From: Limisphaerales bacterium
Lineage (GTDB): Bacteria; Verrucomicrobiota; Verrucomicrobiia; Limisphaerales; Palsa-1400
Assembly (NCBI GenBank): GCA_052139695.1
Contig: JBKQWF010000243.1
Span: 1,338-65,337 of the forward strand
Direction: 5' to 3'
DNA length: 64,000 bases
The notes beneath the pieces are model-generated. The model searched no databases and was not told the origin of the DNA. It saw only the letters and a program-made list of their open reading frames with translations. Every line of letters starts with the position of its first letter. Position 1 is the stretch's first letter. The position numbers and the translations under genes are program-made. Shown one piece after another: positions 17,776-28,106 of this stretch.

Positions 17776-20721
17776 TCAGGACTCCTTGGGATTGGACCGC
17801 CCGCAGTTTAGGCGGATGACATAGCCGGAGAGCAGAAGGCCCATGGCCGTGGCGGCCAGACTAATGTAAAGATACTTCAGCGGCGCCTTAAAGCGGAATT
17901 CCACCGTGTGGTTGCCGGGCGGGAGAAACACCCCGCGCATGACGTAGTTGCAGCGCAGCACTTCGGCGGGTTTCTGGTCAACCCAGACGCTCCAGCCTGA
18001 ACCGGTCCGGTTATTGAGCAGGAGCACGGCTGGCGTTTTGGCGTCGGCCTGCAGAACCATGTCCTTGGGTTCATAGTGGGTAATCTTGACCGTGCCGGCG
18101 TCCGCGCCAGGGGAGGCGGGTGCCGGCGGGGCTGGAGTGTTGGTGGCCACCAGCACGGTCTTGCCAGGATCAAATCCCTGCGAGTCGAGAGTCTGCAGCG
18201 CCGTCGGGTCATCCACCATCCGCCAACTGGCATAGAGTTTGGCTCGCGGCAAGGCGCGGGTGTATTCAATGAGGGCGATCGGCCCCTGGCTGTTGGTTTG
18301 GACGGTCATGTCGCCGGCGTCTTCGACCTGCGCGACGCCGGGCTTGGTCACCATGTCCATGCGCATGATGTTGGTGAAACTATTCGGTGGGTCCGCATAC
18401 TGGTTAAGCACATCCGTCAGGCGGGCGTCGCCGAAAATGTAGCGCGTATTGGTCAGCCGCCAGAGGCGGGCCGCGCAGCCAGCCTCCACTACCCAGTTCC
18501 AAAGAGGGTTATCGCGCGCATTGCTCGAAGCCCATTGCCGCGCCGCCGGCGTCAGGTCATCGATGCTGTGCGTGACAAAATTGCCCAGGTAGCTGCTGTC
18601 CAGAATCGGCATGCGAGGCGCCTGGTCGATTTCCAGGCATTCGATCTCGTTATACGGATAATCATTTTCCAGCCACCAATGGCAGAGAGCGCCGGTATTG
18701 CCGTCCGGGACGATGTCGTAGGCTCCCATGGGGGAGAAACGGGAAACGACTCGATGCTCCCAGGGATCGTGGCGGAGAATATTCACCACCGGGTTCATGC
18801 TGTACTTCTGCTGGTAGTTGAAATATCGAATCCAGGGAGCATCAGCCCGCGCCAGGTCGCAAATCATGATCGTGCCAAGAAATACCCACGCCCAGACCAC
18901 CTTTTTCCCCGCCCAAACCCCGGTGAGGATCGTAATGATGGTTCCAGCCGAGAGGGCGAAAAAGAGGACAAACAACCCCACCTCGCCAATGCTAAAGCCG
19001 GCAATTTGCGGCGCGAGGGTGGCGTCAAATCCGTGATGTTCGAGGTAATCAATCAGGTCGGGTTTTGATCCAGCCATAATGACATAAGCCACCACGGAGA
19101 GGATGAACAAGAAGACGGTGCCAACGAACCAGCCTTTGTCAAACGGGGCGAATCTTTGCCACCAGCTCCCGGAACGGCGCGGCGAACTGCCCGGCCGGTT
19201 CGATGCCGATGACGCGGCCGGCGCGGATGGCGCGTTTGGAGCCGGCCGGAGATAACGCCGCCACAACGCTTCCAACCCAAATCCGCAAAGTATGATCAGG
19301 CTGATGTTGAGCGGATGCATGAACTTCATCGGATTCCGGATATTGGCAAAGTAGGGCAGGTTGTATATAAACCGATAGATGGAGCCATGCCGTCCCCAGG
19401 CGGCAAAAAGGGAAAGGATCGCCGCCACCGTCCAAAACCAAATCATGGCCCGTTCCGGCCTTGTGTACGGCGAGTCGCTCCGCCGCCCGGCATTGGCCAG
19501 TCCAAAAATGGCGAGCAAACAGACAAGCACCCCGGTAAATTCTCCAGACCCGGTGTGACGCCGCTGCAGCCGCAACCCGTTCACCAGTTGGTCAACCAGG
19601 GATGCACGCGCCTTGACGTCGTTGCCGGACATGACGTCCTGGATTTGCTTCAGCTGATCCGGGGGAAACTGGCCGAGCGCGGGGACCGCCGCCGCGCGCG
19701 TTTTGGAGTCTCCGCTTTCCAACGGCTCGACTCGCGGGTCCTCCGCGATTCTACCCCAATAGGAACCGGCCTTATTGGTGGAGGTTGTAAACTCCTCCAT
19801 GCGATAGCCAAAAAGGCCGGGAATTATCACGCGCAAAGATTCCAGCTTCGGGATGCTCCATTGAGTGGTGAAGTCCCAGTGGCCTTGCTTTTGCGCTTCA
19901 TTCTCTCCGGCAGTCGGGGTGCCCGAGATTTGGGTATCGACCAGCGTAAAGAGGGTGCTGGCCGAAATGAAAAAGGCGAAGAACACCACCACCGCCCCCA
20001 CTTCCAACGTTTTCATCACTCCCCCGGAGAGCTTGGGTTCCGTGATGAGGAAAAAGAACGCCACAAAGACACCCACATACACGCTGAGAATCGCGCCCAC
20101 GTCGAATCCCTCCATCACCACCATTCCCACGGACAGCCCCGCCAGCGCCCCTTTTATCCACAGCGGCTTGACGTAAGGGCTGACAATGATGCCCAAGGCC
20201 ACAAAGACCATGCCGCAGCAAACCGTCCACGTCCCCAACCCCCAGCAGGCATTGGAGAAGAAATGCATGTTCAACCCCGCCCCGACCCCGGTGAGAACCG
20301 AAGCCAGCGCCGAAAAGCGCAACTGCCGGAAGAAAAACCAGACGCAAAAGCCGAAAAAGAACGCCGTCAAGGGCACATAGACTTTCAGGTAATGTTCGGG
20401 GGAAAGGACCGTGGCTAGGAATGTGGACAAAGTCAGGGAAGGCGACGGGGGCGCCCCGCCGAGCCACCAAAAGTCCGCCCAGCACCCCGTAAAGGCATAG
20501 GGAAGACGCTCTGAACTGGCTTTCAGGGCCCCCAAAGCCGAGTCGTTGGCGAAAAAAACCTCATAAGGAAGAAATCCCCGGTGACACAGCACCGCCAGCG
20601 CCCCCCCCAAAAGCAGGAATAAAAGCAGCAATTGGCCGCGTTTTGGTCGTGTGGACGTAGTCAATGCGTCTCCATTCATAGCCATTTCAAGCCAGCATAC
20701 GGTAAATCCCGGCAAAGCCAA
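17776..20721 (-). CDS. YfhO-like multi-pass membrane protein (probable GT-C glycosyltransferase)
   Basis: Many TM helices; 'LPYFANIRNPMKF'; C-terminal 'GWSVWVD......R.NY.MRGV.LP.G.H.VEF.F'. Confidence 0.75.
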   Translation of the reverse strand: MALPGFTVCWLEMAMNGDALTTSTRPKRGQLLLLFLLLGGALAVLCHRGFLPYEVFFANDSALGALKASSERLPYAFTGCWADFWWLGGAPPSPSLTLSTFLATVLSPEHYLKVYVPLTAFFFGFCVWFFFRQLRFSALASVLTGVGAGLNMHFFSNACWGLGTWTVCCGMVFVALGIIVSPYVKPLWIKGALAGLSVGMVVMEGFDVGAILSVYVGVFVAFFFLITEPKLSGGVMKTLEVGAVVVFFAFFISASTLFTLVDTQISGTPTAGENEAQKQGHWDFTTQWSIPKLESLRVIIPGLFGYRMEEFTTSTNKAGSYWGRIAEDPRVEPLESGDSKTRAAAVPALGQFPPDQLKQIQDVMSGNDVKARASLVDQLVNGLRLQRRHTGSGEFTGVLVCLLAIFGLANAGRRSDSPYTRPERAMIWFWTVAAILSLFAAWGRHGSIYRFIYNLPYFANIRNPMKFMHPLNISLIILCGFGLEALWRRYLRPAPNAPSAPAASSASNRPGSSPRRSGSWWQRFAPFDKGWFVGTVFLFILSVVAYVIMAGSKPDLIDYLEHHGFDATLAPQIAGFSIGEVGLFVLFFALSAGTIITILTGVWAGKKVVWAWVFLGTIMICDLARADAPWIRYFNYQQKYSMNPVVNILRHDPWEHRVVSRFSPMGAYDIVPDGNTGALCHWWLENDYPYNEIECLEIDQAPRMPILDSSYLGNFVTHSIDDLTPAARQWASSNARDNPLWNWVVEAGCAARLWRLTNTRYIFGDARLTDVLNQYADPPNSFTNIMRMDMVTKPGVAQVEDAGDMTVQTNSQGPIALIEYTRALPRAKLYASWRMVDDPTALQTLDSQGFDPGKTVLVATNTPAPPAPASPGADAGTVKITHYEPKDMVLQADAKTPAVLLLNNRTGSGWSVWVDQKPAEVLRCNYVMRGVFLPPGNHTVEFRFKAPLKYLYISLAATAMGLLLSGYVIRLNCGRSNPKES

Positions 20722-20780
20722 CCGGTAAATTGCCTCCTTTGCCCTCAGTTACCCCTGTCGGAACCTTCGCAGCCCTGCGT

Positions 20781-20795
20781 TGGCATCCCTCTAGC
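20781..20795 (+). promoter_or_regulatory. Candidate sigma54 promoter
   Basis: TGGCATCCCTCTAGC, GG-N10-GC, 26 nt upstream of the cNMP-binding gene and its AAGGA RBS. Confidence 0.5.
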
Positions 20796-20821
20796 TATAG
20801 ACTCGATTCGTAAGGATTAGA

Positions 20822-21349
20822 ATGAACGACTATGTTGGCGCACCCGGAGCGAAAACCGCCTTTACCGCGGAATCGCTTCCTGCTCACCCGCTTTTCCATG
20901 GCTTGAGCGGGCGGCACCGCCATATTCTTGCCGACTGTTCCATGCCCGCCACTTTCGTGGTTGGCGACTTGATCGTCGAAACCGGGGAACCCGCCAATTG
21001 CTTTTACCTGGTGATTGACGGATTAATCGGTCTGGAATTCCCCAGCGCTCTTTCCACTTTGCGCGTTCAAACCATTGGATCGGGAGACATCCTGGGGTGG
21101 TCCTGGCTTTTTTCGCCGTATTATTGGCATTTCAACGCCGTGGCCGAACTGCCCACCGAAACCATTTTCCTCTACGGCAGCCGCCTGCGCCAGGAATGCG
21201 ACCGTGACCATGACTTCGGTTATGAATTATTTAAGCGAATGTCCGGCATTCTCGTCGCGCGTCTGCAGGCCACGCGCGAGAAATGGATTGAAAACGCCCA
21301 ATTGACTCCGCCACGCCACGGCGTCCCGCCCGATTACCTGCTCATTTAA
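20822..21349 (+). CDS. Stand-alone cyclic-nucleotide-binding domain protein
   Basis: 'HPLFHGL', 'GEPANCFYLVIDG', 'GDILGWSWLF.PY.W.F.A'; no HTH. Confidence 0.85.
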   Translation: MNDYVGAPGAKTAFTAESLPAHPLFHGLSGRHRHILADCSMPATFVVGDLIVETGEPANCFYLVIDGLIGLEFPSALSTLRVQTIGSGDILGWSWLFSPYYWHFNAVAELPTETIFLYGSRLRQECDRDHDFGYELFKRMSGILVARLQATREKWIENAQLTPPRHGVPPDYLLI

Positions 21350-21355
21350 GCGAGC

Positions 21356-21787
21356 TTAACCATACCGATACGGCGCCGTCAGGGTAAAGGTGTTCGGCAG
21401 ATGCCGCACTTCGCCTACAATTCCTTCCTCCAATAAGACCTCGACAATGTCAAAACGGATTTTGATCGGCGGGTTCTTCAGCAAGCGCAAATAATCAAAG
21501 GCGCACCGGGTCAACCGCAGCCGTTTGCCGGCGTTGACCGCCGCCGCGGGACGCGTCCAACCCCCGGCCGTGCGCGTCTTGACCTCCACAAAGACCAGGC
21601 AATCTTCCTCTCGAAAAACCAGGTCGATCTCCCCTCGGTCTGAACGAAAATTCGCCGTCAGGAATTTTAGGCCGCTCTTTTGCAGATGTTTTTTGGCCGC
21701 CTTTTCGCCAGCGCGGCCCCGTGCCGTTGTGACGGAGTCGTCCTCGCGCCGCCGCCACTCTTTAAGCCGGTCGAGCCATCCGCCCAT
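21356..21787 (-). CDS. yraN: YraN family (UPF0102) endonuclease-like protein
   Basis: 'G..GE..A...L...G', 'GEIDLV', 'LVFVEVKTR', 'RFDIV'. Confidence 0.92.
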   Translation of the reverse strand: MGGWLDRLKEWRRREDDSVTTARGRAGEKAAKKHLQKSGLKFLTANFRSDRGEIDLVFREEDCLVFVEVKTRTAGGWTRPAAAVNAGKRLRLTRCAFDYLRLLKNPPIKIRFDIVEVLLEEGIVGEVRHLPNTFTLTAPYRYG

Positions 21788-21789
21788 GT

Positions 21790-22488
21790 TTATCTAAATA
21801 GTTCCCCCTGCGCCGATGTCTGGCAGGGCGCAAAGGATTGCCGGTGGAGCGCGCACGCGCCCAGCGCGCCCAAGGCCGCCAGGTGACCCGGCGTTCCGTA
21901 ACCCTTATGGGTCGCAAAACCATAACCCGGATAGACCCCGTCCAATTCGACCATCAGCCGGTCGCGGCTCACCTTGGCGAGAATGCTCGCGGCGGCGATG
22001 GAATAACTCAAGGCGTCGCCCGAGACTATCGCGGTTTGCGGCAGTTGCATGGAGTGGACGGGCAAGCCATCGACCAGCACATGTTCCGGCGGCGGCTGCA
22101 ACTTTGCCAGGGCCATGTTCATGGCGCGATGCGACGCCCGCAAAATGTTGATTTGGTCAATGAGGGGTGCGTCCACTTGCGCGATGCCGAACTGGATTTC
22201 CGGCCTTGAAGTCAGTTCCGCGAAAAGCATTTCGCGCGTGGCGGGAGCGAGCGCTTTGGAATCGTTCACTCGGCGTAAGGCTTTGGGCAATCCCTGCCGT
22301 ATCCATTCCGCGGGAAAAACAACCGCCGCCGCGAAAACCGGTCCCGCCAGCGGGCCGCGCCCCGCCTCATCGACGCCCGCGATTCTCGACACCCCCTTTT
22401 CGAGCAACTCCATTTCGTATCGGAGGCGTCTGGAAATCTTCTTCGCCACGGCATTCCGACTTTGAACCAAAAACGGCATCCCGCGCAA
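21790..22488 (-). CDS. rnhB: Ribonuclease HII
   Basis: 'GVDEAGRGPLAGPV', 'DSK.L', 'LVDG', 'SIAAASILAKV.RD', 'HKGYGT', 'HRQSF.P'. Confidence 0.97.
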   Translation of the reverse strand: MRGMPFLVQSRNAVAKKISRRLRYEMELLEKGVSRIAGVDEAGRGPLAGPVFAAAVVFPAEWIRQGLPKALRRVNDSKALAPATREMLFAELTSRPEIQFGIAQVDAPLIDQINILRASHRAMNMALAKLQPPPEHVLVDGLPVHSMQLPQTAIVSGDALSYSIAAASILAKVSRDRLMVELDGVYPGYGFATHKGYGTPGHLAALGALGACALHRQSFAPCQTSAQGELFR

Positions 22489-22550
22489 ATGAAATCATTG
22501 GCAATTACCGAGGGTTTGCACGCCAACGGAACTGATGGGAGATTCACCTG

Positions 22551-22796
22551 ATGAAACCTGATTCGATTCTGGAAGAGTTGTCGGCAGTCAAGGACAAATT
22601 GGCTCGCGAGGCCGGATATGATGTTGATCGCTTTGTTCAAGACCTGCGGCAGTGGGAAAAGGCGCATCCGCAGACCGGTCGCGTTATTCGCAATGCTCAG
22701 GAGTTGCGCCAGTTCGCGGCGGAGGAAGAGCGCAAGCGGGCGCCGGCAGCAACATCAACTCTGGCTCTGAATGAAGCCCCGCCGCGGCAGGATTAA
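22551..22796 (+). CDS. Small hypothetical protein (resembles small partners of PIN-domain genes; orphan here)
   Basis: GGGAG RBS; 'D.ILEEL...K..LAREAGYDV..F...L'. Confidence 0.6.
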   Translation: MKPDSILEELSAVKDKLAREAGYDVDRFVQDLRQWEKAHPQTGRVIRNAQELRQFAAEEERKRAPAATSTLALNEAPPRQD

Positions 22797-22971
22797 TGCC
22801 GCGCAGGGATTGTGTTTCCACTGCCCTCTACCGCTTCTGGTGGCCTTTATCTACCGGGAATTCTTCGTGCGTCTCGACCAACCGCCCTGCGTCATCATAA
22901 ATCTCCTGCCAGAACCGAAGCGTGGTTTCCTGCCGATCCACTTCCTTCAAATAGCGCCGTGCGCCACCGTC

Positions 22972-24867
22972 TTACTCGACGGCGCGGTAGAATTTGGCGC
23001 CGCCCTGAGCCGTTGTCGAGTATTGGTTATTGGTCGTACCTGGAACCGCCGTCCACGGTCCGCCGAGGGTATCAGCGGATTGTAATGTGCCCATGAAGTT
23101 GAGCGTTACGTCGCTCCCCGCGAGATCGAAAGACACCAGATGCCCGAGCGGTCCGCCGTAGCCGGCAATCTTCGCTTGCATGACCGGGGTCAAGAGCTTG
23201 ACCAACTCCGCATTATACGTGTGCGAATAAGAGTTGGTGAGTTCGATGCTGCCGAAGACCCGCGCCGTGCCGATGGCATAACCGCGCGACTTGCCCTCAG
23301 GCGTGTTGGTCTGCACCACCGGGTCCACGTCGGTCGTCACGATGGAAACGGAATTGTCAGTGTTGCGTAGGATCTCCCAGGTGCGGAACTGCTGGGGAAA
23401 GTCCCGCAGCGACGGGGTCTCGACCTCCCAAAAACCGTTTTCCGGATGGGCCGGGTCAGACGACGGCTGCGGTGTCACCGTATTGATATGGCGATGGCTC
23501 GCCATCAGCAGGATGAGATTGGGATATTGCTGGAGCGTGGCGATCAAGTTTGTGTCGCCCATGGAGGAATAGCCCAATCTGGCGTTGCCATCGAATTGTG
23601 GAGAGTTGTGGTTCGTGTCATTGACGTTGTTCTGCGGATTGATTGGGATATGCATCGCCAGGATCATCAGTTGGTTGGAATACTGGCCCTCCTGAAGTTC
23701 GTTGGTGAGCCAGGCATAACGGGCGGCATCGATCACGCCGCCGCTACAGTATAACGGTCCGTTCAAAGGATTGGGGATATTGGTTTTGGCCATATCGTCG
23801 AACACGATCACCTTGAGCGGCAGATTCGTCAGAGGTTCGAATGAATAGCAGGCCGAATTGCTGTCGATGTTGCCCTGGCTAAAGCCGTGACCCACCGGGG
23901 CGGAGACGGTGTTGAAGAACTCGCTCATATAGTTCGTCGTCGAAGAGGAGTCGGTCGTCAGAGCGCGGCGGTTCGGGTCGGCGACGACGGTTGGGGGCGT
24001 GGCAAAGTTGGTGGCGTATCCTCCCTTAATCACAGTGCCGTAAGGTGTGGTCCCATCAATCACGCCGACATACTCGCCCACGCTCTCGGTGGCATTGACG
24101 GAAAAAAGCACGGGACTCATGTCGAGGACGTTTGAGCCGACCATAGCCGCCCGGGTTTTGTCGGTCGGATATTGGCCGCCCATCCAGAACTGATCGTGGT
24201 TTCCGATGACCTCATACCAGGGAATGGCGGGGTTGAGGCCGGCGGCTTGAAACGGTTCCTGATAGTCGATGTTGGTCGCGCCCAAATGGGCGCCGGAGCT
24301 GGGCGTGATATACTGTCCGTCCATCACGTCGATAAACCAGCGCAAGGCGTTATACTGATTGCACGAGGCCGCGTCCCCGAGATTGAGGCCGAAATCGAAC
24401 GGTGTCAGGCGATGCAAGGCGTTGATGGTTTTGACGGCGGCGTTGAGGACCTGGGTCGTCGAGAAAAGGACCGGCGAGTAGCACGGGATGTAGATCGGGA
24501 GATTCGCCTGGCCATTCGTCGCCGTCCAACCGAACTCGCAAGCCGCCGCCGGAGATTCTTTATCGGTGATATGGGCGTCGCTGATGGAGAAGTAAGACAA
24601 AAGGCGCGCGGCATGGGTTGGTCCGGTGGAACGGGCCGGCATGAGATCGAGCCTCACTCCCTGGTTCGTGCCGGGCCCCCATTGCCAGGCGCTGTAGCCA
24701 TAGACCGCGTATAAGGGGACGTTCGACGGGTTGATCACCGGCGTGCCTGGGGGGATGTCGAGCGGTAGGATGGTTTGCTGCCGGGTTGTCAACGGGGCGG
24801 CGTTCGCGGAAATCGATAGCCAGAGCGGCATCGTCGCGCTGATAATTTGGATAATGTTCAATTTCAT
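22972..24867 (-). CDS. Secreted metallophosphoesterase (TIGR03768-like)
   Basis: Signal peptide; 'SDAHITDKESP', 'LGD', 'GNHD', 'H.P', 'SHRH', 'FWEVETPSLRDFPQQFR'; C-terminal 'LQSADTLGGPW...KFYRAVE'. Confidence 0.85.
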   Translation of the reverse strand: MKLNIIQIISATMPLWLSISANAAPLTTRQQTILPLDIPPGTPVINPSNVPLYAVYGYSAWQWGPGTNQGVRLDLMPARSTGPTHAARLLSYFSISDAHITDKESPAAACEFGWTATNGQANLPIYIPCYSPVLFSTTQVLNAAVKTINALHRLTPFDFGLNLGDAASCNQYNALRWFIDVMDGQYITPSSGAHLGATNIDYQEPFQAAGLNPAIPWYEVIGNHDQFWMGGQYPTDKTRAAMVGSNVLDMSPVLFSVNATESVGEYVGVIDGTTPYGTVIKGGYATNFATPPTVVADPNRRALTTDSSSTTNYMSEFFNTVSAPVGHGFSQGNIDSNSACYSFEPLTNLPLKVIVFDDMAKTNIPNPLNGPLYCSGGVIDAARYAWLTNELQEGQYSNQLMILAMHIPINPQNNVNDTNHNSPQFDGNARLGYSSMGDTNLIATLQQYPNLILLMASHRHINTVTPQPSSDPAHPENGFWEVETPSLRDFPQQFRTWEILRNTDNSVSIVTTDVDPVVQTNTPEGKSRGYAIGTARVFGSIELTNSYSHTYNAELVKLLTPVMQAKIAGYGGPLGHLVSFDLAGSDVTLNFMGTLQSADTLGGPWTAVPGTTNNQYSTTAQGGAKFYRAVE

Positions 24868-24870
24868 GAT

Positions 24871-24912
24871 TCCTTATGATAATCCGGCCGCGCGGTTTCA
24901 TCACGAACAAAA
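24871..24912. repeat. Repeat B copy 1 (42 bp; copy 2 at 29034-29075)
   Basis: TCCTTATGATAATCCGGCCGCGCGGTTTCATCACGAACAAAA; 41/42 identical to copy 2; includes the AAGGA RBS of the phosphoesterase. Confidence 0.9.
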
Positions 24913-25082
24913 CAGTTGATTGCGCCGTGACGAGAATCTCCGGGATCTTGTCCTGGGCGTGTTCCTTTTGCTCGTGACAAAAAATGCAAAGCTTCTGCCA
25001 AAAAATGTAATTGGGCTTCCTGCTCTTTCTGCCGATTCCCTTTTTGTGTCGAACAATCGGCTAAAATTCACGCGCAAAAATC

Positions 25083-25763
25083 GTGATGAACCTAAAACGA
25101 ATGTTTGAGTGGATTGTTGGTCGAGAAGCAGAAACCACAGGTCAACCTGGCGGTTTTGCTGGAATTGGCCGCTTTGGTGCAACAAACCCGCCCCCCCGGG
25201 CTGTGGTGGACTCCGTTTCATGCAATCGTGGATCGGGACAACCCGAGGTTGAAGTCCGCCGCCCGAGAGGGATTTCGGCATTCTCATTGGTGGAGGCCAT
25301 GGTTGCTTTGGGGCTATTGGGCATCTTCATGATCGTTTGCCTCTCCGCCATCATTACCAACCAGGTCTGCGACAGAAAAGCAAAGGAACAGGCGATCGCG
25401 ATGAACTTTCTGACCAAATACGTCGAGAACATCAAGGCGCTGCCTTTCACCTCGGTGGCTCCGGGATTGCCCATCAACTCCATTTATAATGGCGCGGGTG
25501 GCGCGCCCCTCATTGCCATCCCCACAAACTCTTCCCCGGTTGCCCTTAACACACCCGCCTTCCAAACCTTTTACCCCGACTTGCTCTGGGTGAGCAATCT
25601 CAGTCCGACGATGCGGGTGAGTTTGACGCAAAACAGTGTCGCGGGAACCTTGCACGATATCGAGGTCAACGTCAAAGTGGATTGGAACGCGGACCTGGGC
25701 CGGGGCGGACAGTTGGAAGTTCAGGTTGATTTCCTGCGCACGGTAGATGTGCCCACGTTATGA
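25083..25763 (+). CDS. Prepilin-type minor pilin/pseudopilin (PilV-like position)
   Basis: Class III signal 'RGISA|FSLVEAMVALGLL'; true start uncertain. Confidence 0.8.
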   Translation: MMNLKRMFEWIVGREAETTGQPGGFAGIGRFGATNPPPRAVVDSVSCNRGSGQPEVEVRRPRGISAFSLVEAMVALGLLGIFMIVCLSAIITNQVCDRKAKEQAIAMNFLTKYVENIKALPFTSVAPGLPINSIYNGAGGAPLIAIPTNSSPVALNTPAFQTFYPDLLWVSNLSPTMRVSLTQNSVAGTLHDIEVNVKVDWNADLGRGGQLEVQVDFLRTVDVPTL

Positions 25764-26374
25764 AGCCGGCCTCCACCGCCATCGCGGAGGGCCTGTCACG
25801 GCGAGCCTTCACCCTGGTGGAATTGCTGGTTGCCATCACGGTGGGCTTGGGTCTGTCGGGCACGGTTGTTTTGCAGCTCGTCCAATCCGCCACGGAGCAA
25901 AGGAATGGACTTGCCGATACGACGGTCGAGCAGGCCGCCTACGCGTTGGAGGCTAACATCACCGCTTGCCTGCGCAGCATGAGCGCCAACCAAGGGCTCA
26001 CCCCCAATTATGCCAGCGGCCTTTTGGATACAAATGGAAACCTCTTGGGATACCAAACCGTCTTCTTTTTTTATCCCAGCAATGGCACGTACATTACGGC
26101 CAGCATTTGTTATGACGCTTCTTCCGGACAAGTGCTCTACACTTCCAACACTTTAGCTTCTTCGAGCGAGACGCTCTGGATGACCAATAGCCCGGCCGTT
26201 GCGCTGACCGAGCTTTACTTCTCCACGTCCTTTAATCTGGATGGCTCGCAGAATAATTCACTCGTGAACGTGGTCTTCCAAATGAATGACAATGGCTTTT
26301 CGCAGCAGAGCCCGATGAATAATCCGACCAGCATCATGCGCAACTTCTCCGTGCAAATGCGGAATGATAATTAA
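25760..26374 (+). CDS. Prepilin-type minor pilin (PilW-like position)
   Basis: 'RRA|FTLVELLVAI'; ATGA overlap with the previous gene. Confidence 0.85.
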   Translation: MKPASTAIAEGLSRRAFTLVELLVAITVGLGLSGTVVLQLVQSATEQRNGLADTTVEQAAYALEANITACLRSMSANQGLTPNYASGLLDTNGNLLGYQTVFFFYPSNGTYITASICYDASSGQVLYTSNTLASSSETLWMTNSPAVALTELYFSTSFNLDGSQNNSLVNVVFQMNDNGFSQQSPMNNPTSIMRNFSVQMRNDN

Positions 26375-28106
26375 ACTCAAAAACACCCTAATGAACTTCG
26401 CCGCAGCCAAACGCAGCCGACGAGAGAAAGGCTCCACTCTTTTGGCCGTCGTCGTCATTGGCCTTCTCATCTGCATGACCGCCGCCTCCTGTCTCGTCCT
26501 GAGCAACAGTGCCCTCAATGGCACCTACGGGCGCGTGGATTGGGAGAAGGCGTTCTACGTCGCTGAAAATGCGGTGGTTTGGGGGGCTCAAACCTCCTTC
26601 GACACGGCACCGGCCGTCGGTTCCAGCAACTATTACTCGACCGCCGCGGGGACTTTGCCCATCGGTTCCCTCATCGCGTCGGCCAATGGAGACGCCACCT
26701 TCAAAGGCGCGTGGGTGCAGATTGTCCAACCGACCAATACCGCCAACAATATTCTGGTCATCACGGCCTCCGCCTGTGTCAATAACAAGGTGCGCACGAT
26801 TCAGGCCCGGGTCACCCTTCGCCCGGTCAGCCAGGTGTTCGACTATGAGTATTTTCTCAACAATTGGGGTTGGTGGTGGGGCAGCACCATCACCGGCAAC
26901 GGCGGCCAGCGCGCCAACTGGGATTTTGATTTTCGGGACGGCCCGACCGTCAACGGCGCCATTTACGCCGCCGATCAAGTCGATGAGAATGAAGTCCCCA
27001 TCCAGAATTATGCCACGCCGCCTTTTGCCGGGCTGGCTGGAGCGAATGAAACCAACCTCGTCCACCAAGGGGCGCCGCGAGTGGCGATGCCGAACCTGCT
27101 CAATTTTAGCAACTACATCGACACGGCCATGGCCAATACCAGCACCAATGGGCTTTGGATCGGCTCCACCCAGCTTGTGGCCGGCGTTTTGTCGAACCTT
27201 TATATCCCCAGCCCCGGGGGAAACGACGGAAATGTGACGCCCCAAACCGGGCTGTATGTCGTGGGCACTTCCAACTTGCCCATCGTCATTAAAGGCACGG
27301 TGGTCATACCCGGTGACCTTGTCATCCAGGGAATCGTCACCGGACAAGGCACCCTCTATGTCGGCGGGAATCTTTACATTGCCAGCAATATCATCTATGC
27401 CCATGGCCCAGACTTCAGCGTCCTTCCCGAAACGGAAGCCCCCGGCCAGCGCGACGCTTGGGTGACGCAAAGCATGACCAATGACTTGATCGCTTATGCC
27501 GTCAGGGGTTCCATTTTGGCCGGGGACGTCACCGACTCGGATTGGATCAACTATTGTTACGATTATCCCGGCAGCGGCTTGTCTCATGTGGGCGATGAAT
27601 CGCACCTCGGACGGGACGGCATCGCCAACACCCCTGATGACAACATTCCCTTTCTGCACCCCGACGGCACAATGAGCACGTGGTACGACGCCGACGGGGA
27701 TGGGTTGGTCGAGGGCAATTATAATTATGATACCGACATCAACATGACGAGCACTCGGGCCTCGTACATTCTTGGTTACCCCAAGGCCAATGGCAGCCCG
27801 GTCCCCTATAACCAGGTCGCGACGGACAACATGGGCACGCTCCAGGGCATCTTTTATACGGACCATGCGGCGGCGATGCGATTGGACCAAGGTAACGCCG
27901 TCTTTAACGGAGTCATTGTGTCACGCAATGAACAGATCATATTTCAGAGCTATCTGAATTTAATTTATGATTCGCGGGTCAACAGCCGCTATAACAACAA
28001 TCCCAACCAGTTCATCAATCTGGGCCTGCCCTGGGGCAAGCCCCTGCAGGTCAATAGTTTTACTGAACTGCCTCCCAACGCAACCGGCCTATCCCCCATC
28101 TTATGA
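26364..28106 (+). CDS. Large PilX-like minor pilin with extended C-terminal domain
   Basis: 'EKG|STLLAVVVI' (no E5, as in PilX/GspK), 'AFYVAE', 'ITASA......RTI'; DADGDG-type Ca loops. Confidence 0.75.
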   Translation: MIIKLKNTLMNFAAAKRSRREKGSTLLAVVVIGLLICMTAASCLVLSNSALNGTYGRVDWEKAFYVAENAVVWGAQTSFDTAPAVGSSNYYSTAAGTLPIGSLIASANGDATFKGAWVQIVQPTNTANNILVITASACVNNKVRTIQARVTLRPVSQVFDYEYFLNNWGWWWGSTITGNGGQRANWDFDFRDGPTVNGAIYAADQVDENEVPIQNYATPPFAGLAGANETNLVHQGAPRVAMPNLLNFSNYIDTAMANTSTNGLWIGSTQLVAGVLSNLYIPSPGGNDGNVTPQTGLYVVGTSNLPIVIKGTVVIPGDLVIQGIVTGQGTLYVGGNLYIASNIIYAHGPDFSVLPETEAPGQRDAWVTQSMTNDLIAYAVRGSILAGDVTDSDWINYCYDYPGSGLSHVGDESHLGRDGIANTPDDNIPFLHPDGTMSTWYDADGDGLVEGNYNYDTDINMTSTRASYILGYPKANGSPVPYNQVATDNMGTLQGIFYTDHAAAMRLDQGNAVFNGVIVSRNEQIIFQSYLNLIYDSRVNSRYNNNPNQFINLGLPWGKPLQVNSFTELPPNATGLSPIL

